From the NCBI RefSeq assembly GCF_006345805.1, contig NW_021835120.1:1-50013 (forward strand): a stretch of 50,013 bases of DNA, read 5' to 3'. The stretch is from Octopus sinensis. Lineage: Eukaryota. How positions within the stretch are numbered: the stretch's first letter is position 1; each line of letters opens with the position of its first letter. The translations under genes and the position numbers were made by a program. The notes under the pieces are model-generated. The model saw only the letters and a list, made by a program, of their open reading frames with translations. It searched no databases and had not been told where the DNA came from. This document shows, piece after piece, positions 23,903 through 36,442 of this stretch.

Positions 23903-24105
23903 CGTTAGCCACTACACATATTTTTTCCTCTCCTTGTTTCTTTCCTTGTTTTTTTTTCTGTGTTCCTTTCTGTAGAAGAGCGTAGGCTCGAAACGTAAAA
24001 GACATTTTCTATTCCTGAGCGTTATACTAATACATCTGTTTGTTTTGTACACCACCTGTCTTCGTCTTTGGTTTTTTTGTCGTAAACTCTCCCTATATAA
24101 GATTG
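23903..24105 (+). mobile_element. Penelope-like terminal-repeat fragment
   Basis: Same family as 38248-38447 (-): tagccact...gaagagcgtag..ctcgaaacgtaaa...actaatacatctgtttgtt...cacctgtcttcgtcttt. Confidence 0.7.
23966..24001 (+). ncRNA. Minimal type I hammerhead motif, A6 replaced by U
   Basis: cttt-CTGTAGA-A-GAGC-gtag-GCTC-GAA-ACGT-A-aaag: stems I and II intact, palindromic ACGT stem III. Confidence 0.6.
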
Positions 24106-24686
24106 CTTTGTCAAACAAGGGCTTCTTCTGGGGCAGCGCGTTAAACCCCAATATGACGTCAAAAATAGTGTGATACGAAAGCCCCGTGTAGATCAAGGTG
24201 ATTTTTCTTTAGCTTTTTTTGTTTTTGTCTTTTTAGAAGAAAACCGTTTTAAAAATTCGACAGATGGATACGTGTCTGCGTGAGTATACGTATGTATAGA
24301 AACCCGTTAACCAGCCTTATCAGTCCTACGGCTCGAGAGAAAAAAAACCCCACTAACTTAGGACACTTCAGTGCCAATCTGTACAGTCAAGGTTTGAAAT
24401 CAAAACCGCTAAATTTGGAATAGACTTCTTAAGTATACAGCCATGTCTACCCTCATTTATACGCAGCAATAGAGTAGTCTATTACAGCAGATTGTTTTGC
24501 CAGATAAACATTACAACTAGAAAACGTATCTCAGGTGTGTTTGGGCAAGCGTCTTCTACTATAGGCTCGGGTCGACCATTGCCTTGTAAGTGAATTTGAT
24601 AAACGGAAACTGAAAGAAGCCCGTAGTGTGTGTGGGGGTGGGACATGTTAAGTCACCGAAGATTCGATCAGATATATATATATATG

Positions 24687-24743
<57 letters not shown>

Positions 24744-24744
<1 letters not shown>

Positions 24745-25134
24745 CTTTATATATAAAACTGTAGTTGTGTGAGTGTCTGTCCCCTTCGATTTAGATTCCT
24801 AACTACTCCCACATTTTGCGGTGCAGTTTAACCAAAACCGGGTATCTTATAGTCGTGATTTATATCGAGCCCTTCTGGGTATTAGCGCGCGTCTACGATG
24901 AGTCTACGATTTTAAAAATAATTTACCATCATTTTTTTCCATTTTCATGCATATTTTTTTAAAGGGAAGTAACTCTCTAAAAGTGTCTACGATGAGTCAA
25001 CGATTTAAAAAAATTACCATCATATTTTTTCCATTTTTAATGCATTTTTTTGCTATTTTTTGGCTATAACTCTCTAAAAATGCTGTATAGTTATTTCCCT
25101 TGCAAACCCGAGCAACGCCGGGCGATACTGCTAG
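24744..25134 (+). mobile_element. Non-autonomous Helitron
   Basis: 5' TC (tctttatatataaa), 3' hairpin CCCGAGCAACGCCGGG (25107-25122) and CTAG 25131-25134, between A and T; internal about 95-bp tandem duplication (24891-25080). Confidence 0.8.
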
Positions 25135-26164
25135 TATATGTATATTGCAACAAGCACAGCTGAGACAATGTAATACAACAGATTGCTTTACAAGATAAAA
25201 ATTGCCATTCGAAGACGTACGTACGTACTTTAATGGACGGTGTTTGAATAATTAAAGACGTTACTAAAATGCTGTTATCCGCCAGTCTTTCTGCACTACT
25301 TTAGTTGTAGCATCGTAAATATTTGATACTAATGAAGCAGATTTTTTTTATGATGTTGTAGCAGACAAATGAAACGAGCACCTATTTATATAAGAGCTGA
25401 TTAACAATATCTCTTACCTACTTCAAATTGTCTTTTGGAAATTACTTCGTTTTTTCTTTTTATTTAATTTTGCTATATTTTTAACATGTCTAACATAAAA
25501 TATTAGTTGTTCACGAAAGCTATTAAAGAATGCAAATGATAAAACAATATGAAAAAGGATTAATTCTGGTGATTACATTTTTGTTGAAATACTATAGATA
25601 AAAATCAATATTGTTCGGTGCACACTGCTTAAAATTACTGGTTAAAATGAAACTCATTTACATTAATATGTACGCAGATGAATATAACCACCTTATCTCT
25701 TGCTGCTCATGAAGGTACGGTATCCGTTATATGATAACTATACAAAAATAACTGTAGTATATGGTAGTAATAGTCGTGAAATATCTTTGTGGAGAATACG
25801 ATAAGAAATTTTTGATGAATCCTTTTACATGTCGCCGCGAATGTCTGGTTACTTACCCGTCTGAAACAGAAGCCGTAGCCGAACGTTTGTATTATTAACG
25901 AAAGCAGCCTCTCTTTACTTAACTAGTGCTTAAGTATTATTGAGAAGTATTCGTACTGAGTTTAGCCGTGATTTTATGTTCTTAAAGATGATTAAAATAT
26001 TGGGTTATCAGATAAATTCGTTCAGTTTTCTCGTTGTCTCTTTTTGTTTCTTGTTCGTTAAAATCAAATGTCTGCAAAGAAGTAAAATCTATTCAAATTT
26101 CAAAACAGAGCCACGAAGAAATGTAAAACAAAGATAAAAATATTTTTCGTGTTAATTCAAATAG

Positions 26165-26410
26165 CGAAGGCACATGGCCAAGTGGTTAAGCTGTTGTGCT
26201 CACGATCGCTAGGTCGTGGGTTTGATTCCCTGAGTGGGCGGCATGTTATACTCTTCAGCAAAACATGTCATTTCACGTTATTCCAGAGCCTGCTTTCGAT
26301 CCGGATTCAATCCTACTGCGTGACACCTTGGACAGTTTTCTACTATACCCTCGGGTCGATCAAAGCCTTGTCAGGGAATTTGGTAGACTGAAACTGAAAG
26401 AAGCCCGTCG
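26165..26410 (+). mobile_element. Composite SINE: family C-like head joined to family B core
   Basis: gaaggcacatggccaagtggttaag...gtgggtttgattccc head, then ccggattcaatcctactgcgtgacaccttgg...gaaactgaaagaagcccgtcg. Confidence 0.65.
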
Positions 26411-26419
26411 TAAATATAT

Positions 26420-26462
<43 letters not shown>

Positions 26463-27084
26463 TTGTAAATTAGGATTCAGTAAGGGATATATTACCACTT
26501 GCTACAATCAGCGCCATTGCTCCAAAACCACCATAAAACTTATGATAAAGACACACACGAACGATGCAATGAACGTATGAGAAATAGGCTTACCTTGGCG
26601 TTGAATACATTAGTAAGTAATGTATATTTCAATATCAATTGATTTCACGTTTTGCATGACAAACATACTCTGCGATCTTCGGTTGAAAATAACATTTTAC
26701 CATCTATTCCTAAAATATTCACTACGTTAGCTCGTGTTCGTTCCTCACTTTAAACGTCCCGCTCCATTTAAAAGAAAACTATCTTGTGCAAGGAAAAGTT
26801 TAAATAAAGAAGTATTATTGCCGTTATCAATAGCATAAATACAGTTAATAATAAGGTGGCTAGCAAGTTCACACCGTTACAAGGACAATATAAGGTAAAT
26901 TTAAATTCGTGTGTATCTTTATCGTGAGTTGTTTTTCAAGCATTGGCTCTGATTATAGCAAGTGGTATCATATACCCTACTCAATATAAATTTAACTTAT
27001 ATTGTGCCTGGAACGGTGTTAAATTGGTAGACACCATATTAACTTATTAATACTACTGATAACGGCAATAATGCTTCTTCATTT

Positions 27085-27300
27085 ATACGTGTGTGTGACC
27101 GCGTGTGTACCGTTGGCGATTTTTTCCTCCGTCTTCCCTTCTTTGGATCTTTTCTTTTCCTATGTTTCTGACGAAGAGCTCAGCTCGAAACATTAAACCC
27201 TCCTTTTTTCCCTTTTTTCCTGAGCGTCCAATAATATTTGTTCCACGTCCTCGCGTTGTCGTGTCTTCCCTTTGTGTTTTCATGTTTGGATTAACTTTAT
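27085..27300 (+). mobile_element. Penelope-like terminal-repeat fragment (second family)
   Basis: Pyrimidine-rich block with central hammerhead motif, ending in (TA)n. Confidence 0.6.
27164..27198 (+). ncRNA. Minimal type I hammerhead motif, canonical core, stem III mutated
   Basis: gttt-CTGACGA-A-GAGC-tca-GCTC-GAA-ACAT-T-aaac; ACAT is one change from palindromic ACGT. Confidence 0.65.
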
Positions 27301-27347
27301 ATATATATATGATGATGATGATGATGATGATGATTGTGATGAAGATC

Positions 27348-27389
<42 letters not shown>

Positions 27390-27519
27390 CTCTGAAATGT
27401 AATCGCTTATTAAGAAAAAGAAACGAGTCTGTAAAATTGCATTGACAATAACCAGATTTCTGGTTTACACGTATCTTAGCGAAAACATGAAATCCTCGCG
27501 ACATTTTGTGTCGAAGTAA

Positions 27520-28100
27520 ACAAATATACCACGTAATTTGCGTATGACACTTGAAAATATGAAAATATGGCACAGGTTGTAGCTTTTTTACTTCGGGGTA
27601 GGGAAAGTAGGAACGAATTAAATGTCGGTGAATCTTCCTATTTCGTTGTTTTCCGTGAATATTTTTTCTTATACACTATCACGCTGCTTTGTCTTTTTTT
27701 ATAATCTCACTCAACTTTTGCATGTGAATGAAAGAATGAATGCATCGCATGTTTGCGTATGACAATTACAAATCAGAAAGTGTAATATATATTTTAGGGG
27801 TTTTATACCAAATAGATGTCACTTGCTAATCACATTTTGATGTGTTTAAGAATATTTTTCCTTAGATATTATCACGCTGCTTTCTCTGTTTTCATGGTAA
27901 AAAATTATCACTCAACTTTTTGCACTTTAATAAATAAAAGTAGCACGTAATTTGCAAATGACATTCAAAGATATAAACGTGTGATGTATATTCTAGTGGT
28001 TTTTCTTTTGTAGCAAATACTTAAATATCGATGAACAATCTTACTTCGATATATTTTTACGAATATGATTTCTTTTATGCTATAACTCTTGTTTCTGTAG
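27520..28100. repeat. Degenerate tandem repeat, about 200-bp period, about 3 units
   Basis: Anchors tttgc..atgaca near 27538, 27752, 27951; tatcacgctgcttt at 27677 and 27870; cactcaactttt near 27709 and 27910. Confidence 0.75.
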
Positions 28101-29075
28101 TCAATCGTGCGAATATTCGGTAGCGTTACACTCAGATTAATGATTCTAAAAGCTTCAGTTTCTATTATATTTGTGTGCGTCTGAATGTGTCACTGTATGT
28201 GTTAGAATTTGTGCGTATACGTGTGTGTCTGTGAGCGTGTTGATGTGTGTGTTTTTATAATTTTTCAACGCGAATTATGTGAACCAGAGTTACTAGACAT
28301 TTTTAATAAATACATTCTCGTTAATTACTCAAACTAAAAAGCATATATTATGTCATATCACGAGGAATTATAACGCCAGGATTTTATGATTTATTCTATA
28401 GACATCTATGTATATATGTATGTTTTATGCTTTATGTATAATTATATTTCTGTCTGTATAAATAGACAGACACATACATACATACATACATACATACATA
28501 CATACATACATACATACATACATAGATCATGCATATGTTTATATATATCTTTGTATATACGCATTACATATGAATATGCATATATAAATGTATATGTACT
28601 TATATATATTCATAAGTATGTATATATATATATGTATATGTATGTATGTATTTACCTATATGTATATACACACACATATATATATATATATATATATTTG
28701 TATGTATATATATATATATATACTTCATATATATATAATATATATATATATATTATATATATATATATGTATATCTGTATGTATATATATATATGTATAT
28801 CTATATTTATATTTATATATATATATATTCGTATGCATATGTGCGTGATTTCTTTCGTTAATTTGCCTCCAATCCATTTGGTTCCTCACACAATCAACAG
28901 CACCACCAACAACAACAACGTTATCATCATGGTCATCATCATCATCTTCATTGTCCCGCGTTTTTATTAATATTCGTTTTATTCGTCTCTGTCATGTATT
29001 TTTCTCTCCACTTTCTCATTCTTCCTCATCTCCATCTCCATCTTCCTCATCTTCATGTTCTTCTTTCATGATTAC

Positions 29076-29121
<46 letters not shown>

Positions 29122-29229
29122 ACTATCACTAGTATTATTATTATAATGGCTATTATTGTTATCACTATTCTTATTGTTCTTGTTCCTCCTCCCCCTCATC
29201 CTCATCCTCCTCCTCTTCTTCTTCCACTT

Positions 29230-29264
<35 letters not shown>

Positions 29265-29487
29265 CATCATCATTATTTCTGTTATTATCATTATTAGAAT
29301 ATATGTGTTTATTTTACTCATAGAGAATACAAAATTTTATTATCATTTTCCAAAGAACATTGTCTGTTATACACACACACATACACACACATATACGTAA
29401 ACACACATATGTAAACAAACACACATTTCAGATGCATAATCAAAAATACATCACACAGACACTTACGTATACATGAATATACGTATA

Positions 29488-29566
<79 letters not shown>

Positions 29567-29596
29567 AGTATATATATATAAGTATATACATATAAG

Positions 29597-29662
<66 letters not shown>

Positions 29663-30030
29663 GTATGTATGTAAGTATGTATGTATGTATGTATAATGTA
29701 TGTATATATATATATATGTATGTATATATATAATATATATATGTATGTATAAATATATATGCATAAATATATATATATATATGCATATACATAAAATTCG
29801 TAATTCACACACACACTCACGCATACATACCCACACACACACGCTCACACACACACAAACACACACATATTTATATGTATATAAGTCAGATAAGAAAAAG
29901 CAAGACTTTAGCACATCATTAATGACCAGTTACAATTGTTTCAGCAGCGACTCTGCTTTCAAACCCAGTCCACGTAAAAATTACAAGTCAATATTTCTGG
30001 TTTGAAACATTAGGGTGTTACTTCTTCAGA

Positions 30031-30414
30031 GGAGGCGCAATGGCCCAGTGGTTAGGGCAGCGGACTTGCGGTCGTAGGATCGCGGTTTCGATTCCCAGAC
30101 CGGGCGTTGTGAGTGTTTATTGAGCGAAAACAGCTAAAGCCCCACGAGGCTCCGGCAGGGGATGGTGGTGATCCCTGCTGTACTCTTTCACCACAACTTT
30201 CTCTCACTCTTACTTCCTGTTTCTGTTGTACCTGTATTTCAAAGGGCCGCCCTTGTCACTCTCTGTGTCACGCTGAATATCCCTGAGAACTACGTTAAGG
30301 GTATACGTGTCTGTGGAGTGCTCAGCCACTTACACGTTAATTTCACAAGCAAGCTGTTCCGTTGATCGGATCAACCGGAACCCTCGTCGTCGTAACCGAC
30401 GGAGTGCTTCCACC
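30031..30414 (+). mobile_element. Full-length tRNA-derived SINE (distinct family) with 11-bp target-site duplication
   Basis: A box TGGCCCAGTGG, B box GGTTTCGATTCC; ACTTCTTCAGA at 30020-30030 and 30415-30425. Confidence 0.92.
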
Positions 30415-30629
30415 ACTTCTTCAGATCTGCGTCAAAGTCGCGGTCTTACGTTGTACGATATAAAACCATTATTTTATATGATAATGTTGAGCGGACGTAG
30501 AGATGGTAGTCACATAGAATAAATTAAATTTAAAATAAATTTAAAATAAAATCAAAAAAGGCTCAGGTACTCTGGTATAGTGCCAAGAGAGAACAGTAAA
30601 AAATAGCAATAGATTATCAAAATTAATGC

Positions 30630-30791
30630 ATAGGCGTGGCTGTATGTTAAGTAGATTGCTTACCAACCACATGGTGCCGGGTTCAGTCCCACTGCGTGGA
30701 ACCTTGGGCAAGTGTCTTCCACTATAGCCTCAGGCCGACCAAATTTTTGTGAGTGGATTTGGTAGACGGAAACTGAAAGAAGCCCGTCGTA

Positions 30792-30828
<37 letters not shown>

Positions 30829-31090
30829 ATGTGTATGTGCATGTTTGTGTGTGTGTGCGTGTGTCTGTGTGCGTGTGTATGTTTATGTGTCTGTGTTTGT
30901 CCCCCCAACATCGCTTGACAACCGATGCTGGTGTGTTTACGTCCTCGTAAACTAGCGGTTCGGCAAAAGAGACCGATAGAATAAGTACTAGGCTTACAAG
31001 GAATAAGTCCTGGGGTCGATTTGCTCGACTAAAGGCGGTGCTCCAGCATGGCCGCAGTCAAATGACTGAAACAAGTAAAAGTGTAAAAGA
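30630..31090 (+). mobile_element. SINE family B, full length
   Basis: Head, core, internal (TA)n(TG)n, 3' half and aagtaaaag tail. Confidence 0.9.
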
Positions 31091-31306
31091 GAGTAATAAT
31101 AAACGCGAAATTTTGTCTGCCCGTCCGTCTGGGACCCCTTTATGTCATCCAGCACTGGGATCAGATCGGGATGAGGATCCGTTATATGCTAACAGTTAAA
31201 AATTCGAATTTAAAAAAAAAACTCCAAAAATTTGTGGACTTAAAAGTTTTTCATTTAAACCGAATTGAATGTAATGTCATATTGGTAGAGTACCACTAAA
31301 TACCGA

Positions 31307-31445
31307 AAACCTGGACGGAGGATCACTCGGCTCGTCCGTCTATGAAGAGCGCGGCTATCCGTGTAAACTGATGCGAATTGCAGGACACAGTGAGCATCGA
31401 CACCTCGAATGCACATTGCGGCCCCTCTTTCCTGTCGGGTCGCAG
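31307..31445 (+). pseudogene. 5.8S rRNA: Dispersed, internally deleted 5.8S rRNA copy
   Basis: Conserved 5.8S motifs GGATCACTCGGCTCG (31320-31334), ATGAAGA, GAATTGCAGGACAC (31375-31388), CATCGACA..TCGAA.GCACATTGCGGCC, CCTGTC..GGGTCG; GC-rich 3' hairpin missing; no 18S or 28S nearby. Confidence 0.88.
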
Positions 31446-32312
31446 ATCCAATTAGCCCTCCGCATGAGCTAGTGTAAAGGTTTGCACAAAGTGCGGCCTT
31501 TGAGCTACGACTTGATACTTTACTTCTTGTAAAAATATCAGAAATCGCTGTAAAGCGAACGGTAGGAATATGGACTAACGTTTGAGGGGTATGGAATAAA
31601 CAATTAATACACAGGTGGTTAGATATACGGGTAGATCATTGAATATCCTGAACTACAGAGGGATAAATACAGTGGAATGTAGTGAACAAAGTGAAGCTGT
31701 TAACTCTAATTAGGGGGTAAAAAAGGCTTAAGCAAAAACGTAAAGATTCTGCCAGCATCGGTTGTTAAGCGATGGTGGATCGACAAAACACACACACACA
31801 AAAATATGTATGTGTATGTATATATATATATATACAACGGGCTTCTTTCAGTTTCCGTCTATCAAATCCACTCACCGGTTGCCACGCAGTGGGACTGAAC
31901 CCGGAACAATGTGGTCAAGAAGCAAGCTTCTTACTTCACAGCCAAGCCTGCGCCTGCGTACACATGTATACGACGGTTTTATTTCAGTTTCCGTCTACCA
32001 GATCCACTCAGAAGGCTTTGGTCATCCTGAGACATTGATAGAATACACAAGGCCAAGATGCCACGCAGTGGCACCGAAACAGGAACTATGTGGTTGGGAA
32101 GCAAGCTTCTTTGTTTCATCAGATTTGCCATAAAGCTATTACAAAGATAGAAGCAGGTGCCAACTGGACAATAACCCAAATGAGATGAAATGATGAGCGA
32201 AATAATGATATTAACGAGAGAAGCAAAACGACGCCCGTCAATCGAAGCCCCTCGACAACACTGTTCTTTTTTCTTTTTTTTTTAAACAAAAAGAAAACAC
32301 AAATGAGGTAAT

Positions 32313-32718
32313 GGCGCAGGAGTGGCTGTGTGGTAAGTAGCTTGTTTACCAACCACATGGTTCCGGGTTCAGTCCAACTGCGTGGCACCTTGGGCAAGTG
32401 TCTTCTATTATAGCCTCGGACCGACCAAAGCCTTGTGAGTGGATTTGGTAGACGGAAACTGAAAGAAGCCCGTCGTATATATATATGTATGTATGTGCGT
32501 GTATGTTTGTGTGTCTGTGTTTGTCCCCCTAGCATTGCTTGACAACCAATGCTGGTGTGTTTATGTCCCCGTTACTTAGCGGTTCGGCAAAAGAGACCGA
32601 TAGAATAAGTACTGGGCTTACAAAGAATAAATCCCGGGGTCGAGTTGCTCGATTAAAGGCGGTGCTCCAGCATGGCCGCAGTCAAATGACTGAAACAAGT
32701 AAAAGAGTAAAAGAGAGA
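32313..32718 (+). mobile_element. SINE family B, full length
   Basis: ggcgcaggagtggctgtgtggtaag head to aagtaaaagagtaaaagag tail. Confidence 0.92.
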
Positions 32719-33145
32719 ATGAACTTCTTACATTAGCATAAACTGAGGCGCTAAGCCTCTTATTAATCATCCCCGATCAGATCTCTTGCCGCCTGCAGAC
32801 AATTCCGTAGCAGCAAGTCGGGGACCGGGAAGAGATAATTACACAGCTCCTTAGAAAAGGAGTAGAAAAATCTTCTTACTACGCAACGACGCCTGCGATT
32901 ATGTTAAGAAATAAAAAATTAAATGTCAGTTCATATCAAAATTTAAATGTCAAGACATAACAAAAATTAAAATATTGGTGATACATTAAAATGCTAATTC
33001 TTTGAAAAGGAACAATAACAAATGTAAAAAAAAACATAAATGACAGTACGATAATATGGATTATAGAATATGAAATATTAGCAAATGATTAAATAATATA
33101 TATGAGTAACGCAAACATACATAAAGACAACCAAACACATGTCTG

Positions 33146-33196
<51 letters not shown>

Positions 33197-33319
33197 TCAG
33201 GGTGAGTACTTGATAATTGTAAGTACCTGTATATACTGTTTGGTGGTGTAGGTGGTGGAGTAAATTAATCAAAATAAAAACATATATATATATATATATA
33301 TAGTATATATATATGTATA

Positions 33320-33374
<55 letters not shown>

Positions 33375-33381
33375 GTATATA

Positions 33382-33424
<43 letters not shown>

Positions 33425-34070
33425 TATATATGTATGTATATATATATATATGTATATATATATCTGTATATGTATATATGTGTGTGTGTGTATGTGTGTG
33501 TGTGTGTATAATCATGTTGTATTCTGTTCTTTATATTTTATTTATAATACCTTTATCTGTTTATACTTTATATTTTTTTCCTAACATTTTTATCTCCCTA
33601 CACTTACTTTCTTCAGTACAAGAGAATATACCTGCGCCCACGCTCGCATACACGCCTACTAGATTTTACAGGTGCACAAAAAAAAAACTACGCAGATGCG
33701 CGCCACTATTGCGCTGACGTAGTTTTAAAATCAAGCGATAAACCACCAACTTACCTAGAACTAATATGTTCCCTTATCAGCCAAAATTATTATTACCCGC
33801 TTCTCCTTCGCCCCTCCCCCTAACAAATCATAAATTGATACCACTTTTAGAGCTTTCTCCTTTATTCTTTTTAAATGTATTTATAGAGTACCATAATATA
33901 TTTATTTATTTATTCTACAGTAGGCCCGTAATTGACCCCAGCCTAGACCCACAAAAGCATTCACATCTCTAGCTTCAATGATACCCAGTTTTTCCTTCTA
34001 TTCGTCCTTCTCTTCTTTTTCATATTCTTATTCTTTTCTTTAACAAGTTTAGATATTTACCAGCTCCCTT

Positions 34071-34425
34071 ATATTCTTTTCTATTCTAGGCACAAGGCCC
34101 GACATTTTTGGGGAGCTGGGGCAGTTAGTTAGATCGACCCCAATACTTAATTGGTACTCATATTATCGACCTCGAAAGGATGAAAGGTAAAGTCGACCTC
34201 GGCGGAATTTGAACTCAGAACGTAAAGACAGACGAACCCACTGCCATATATTCTTTTCTACTCGAGGCACAAGGCCCGAAATATTGGGGAAAGGGGCCAG
34301 TCGATTAGATCGACCCTAGTACGGAACTGGTAATTAATTTATCGACCTCGAAAGAATAAAAGGCAAAATCGACCTCGGCGGAATTTGAACTCAGAACGTA
34401 AAGACAGTCGAACCCACTCACATAT
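34071..34425 (-). mobile_element. Two tandem 5'-truncated SINE family A copies, 177-bp period
   Basis: Both start atattcttttcta and end cgtaaagacag.cgaacccact. Confidence 0.85.
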
Positions 34426-36372
34426 ATTACTTCTCCACTAATATGCTTTCCCTTCTCTTTTCGATTCCTGTGCTTTCTACGTATTTTCGATTGAATCTCC
34501 TGCGAGTCAACATAAGATCCCTTGACGAGAATGTAAACTTCTCTTGATTAATGTCTTTTTAGCCAACGAGTAGCTTGCGGATTACTCCTAGTTTGGGTTA
34601 TTACTCTTTTCGAGGTTCTGCTAGCAATGAAAGATATGTAGTCTGAATATAATCTGCTCCTTTCCCCAATTTTAGAATTTTATTCACATACACAGCAACC
34701 CCAGCTGGTAACCGTAAGCTATAAAACAATATTTTCAGTTTATCGAACTTCGATGTGGGAAAAATTTACAACATAGGCGCAGGCGTGGCTGTGTAGTAAG
34801 GCTATTCATAAAGATGCATTCTCGAGCATTACCTTGTTCACAACTAGTGAGCAAGTTCGAGCCCTAAATGCAAACCTTGTGTTTTCAAACGAGAGTGATG
34901 TTGTGGGTCAGCGACATCTTCCTGCTGTCAAATTACCTAGAAATGTGATAAAATCCGGATCGAGTCTTTTTCATTCGCAAAATGTGATCCCTTTAATTTT
35001 CCTCAGATTGCTTTCAATTTTGGTGTATCGATGCAGCTCTGTATTTTAATTACGATCAGCCAATTATTTTATCCCGAAAATTAAAAAAATCTGATGTTAT
35101 TTGGTAATAAATTAGGGACATTTGGGTAATTTTAGCCAATCAACAGACAGCGTAGCATTAACAGTTTGTTACCATGACAACTGCATGGTGTGTTGTGGTT
35201 CACTTGTTCTATGTTGATTTTTCACACCACGAAATTCTTTTCACCTGCATATTTTGATTTCATTTTTTTGTGTGTTAGTATATTACATATTTTTTTGTGT
35301 TTCTGAATGTTAGTAATTTTCTGCGCTTTTTCTATGCCAGTATTTTTATATATTGTTCATTTCCTATATTTTTGGGACTCATTGACTCAGATAGCTGGAT
35401 TTATGATTTCACTAGATTAATTCTATTCATGAAAATTTAAATTAGGAGTATTTCTTAAACCGTTAGCTTCACATTTCAACAGTTTGACTGAAATTTAGCC
35501 CACGTAACAGAAACTGAGAGGGAACAGAAAAACTGTGAGTGATGCAGATAATTTGACATTATTTTGGAATTATGCATGCAAAAACATATAAGAACTGATA
35601 TTCTTTTCCTTTGAATAAATTCCTTGTTGACCAGCGTTATTCTTATCGTAGATAACAAATCCAAACATGAAAATGTTACTCAACTTTGGAGTTTTGGAGA
35701 AAGACACCCCTTCACACACACACACAAATTCACACACAATCACACTCAGACACACACACACACATGAATGTATAAATGTACATTTAAACTTATACATGAA
35801 TACATACATCCACATGCACTTATATATTAATGATGCACATAAATACATGACAGGTATACATAATACTGAAATACGCATAAAGTAAACAGATGCAGACACA
35901 TATATTAGTATAATAAATTTAAACAAATAATAAAAACATGCAAACAATGAAGAGACAAAAAACCAGTAAGATGACACATGTTGATTTCATTAGGTATTTC
36001 TGCTTATTACAAACCTACAATGAACAGGTTATGCCACAGACGCTAAACTATAAATTTCACAGGGTACAACTTTAAAGTTGACACTGATTTCTAAACGCAA
36101 AAAATTCTGTCTCGAGTTCCAGATTATCCTTGCAATTTCAGCTGGTTATACTCGAGATTGCTCCAATCTGGCCATAAGTATATATGTACATATATATATA
36201 TATATATGGAACTATATATACATACATATACACATACATATACATACATTATATATATATATACATACAATATATATATATGTATATATATATACATACA
36301 TATATATATATGTATATATATATACATATATATGTATGTATGTGTAGATATATATATATATATCTATATATC

Positions 36373-36442
<70 letters not shown>

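Noticed and set aside
30031-30105. tRNA gene calls for SINE heads (also 1615-1687, 20669-20730, 26165-26235)
   Set aside because: A and B boxes are present but there is no complete cloverleaf, and each continues into a SINE body.
31260-31750. Functional rDNA unit
   Set aside because: No 18S or 28S sequence flanks the 5.8S copy, and it carries a deletion and substitutions in conserved motifs.
33540-34060. Possible mitochondrial insertion (strand-skewed AT-rich DNA; also 17800-19040)
   Set aside because: No recognisable mitochondrial gene, tRNA or reverse transcriptase motif in any frame I checked.
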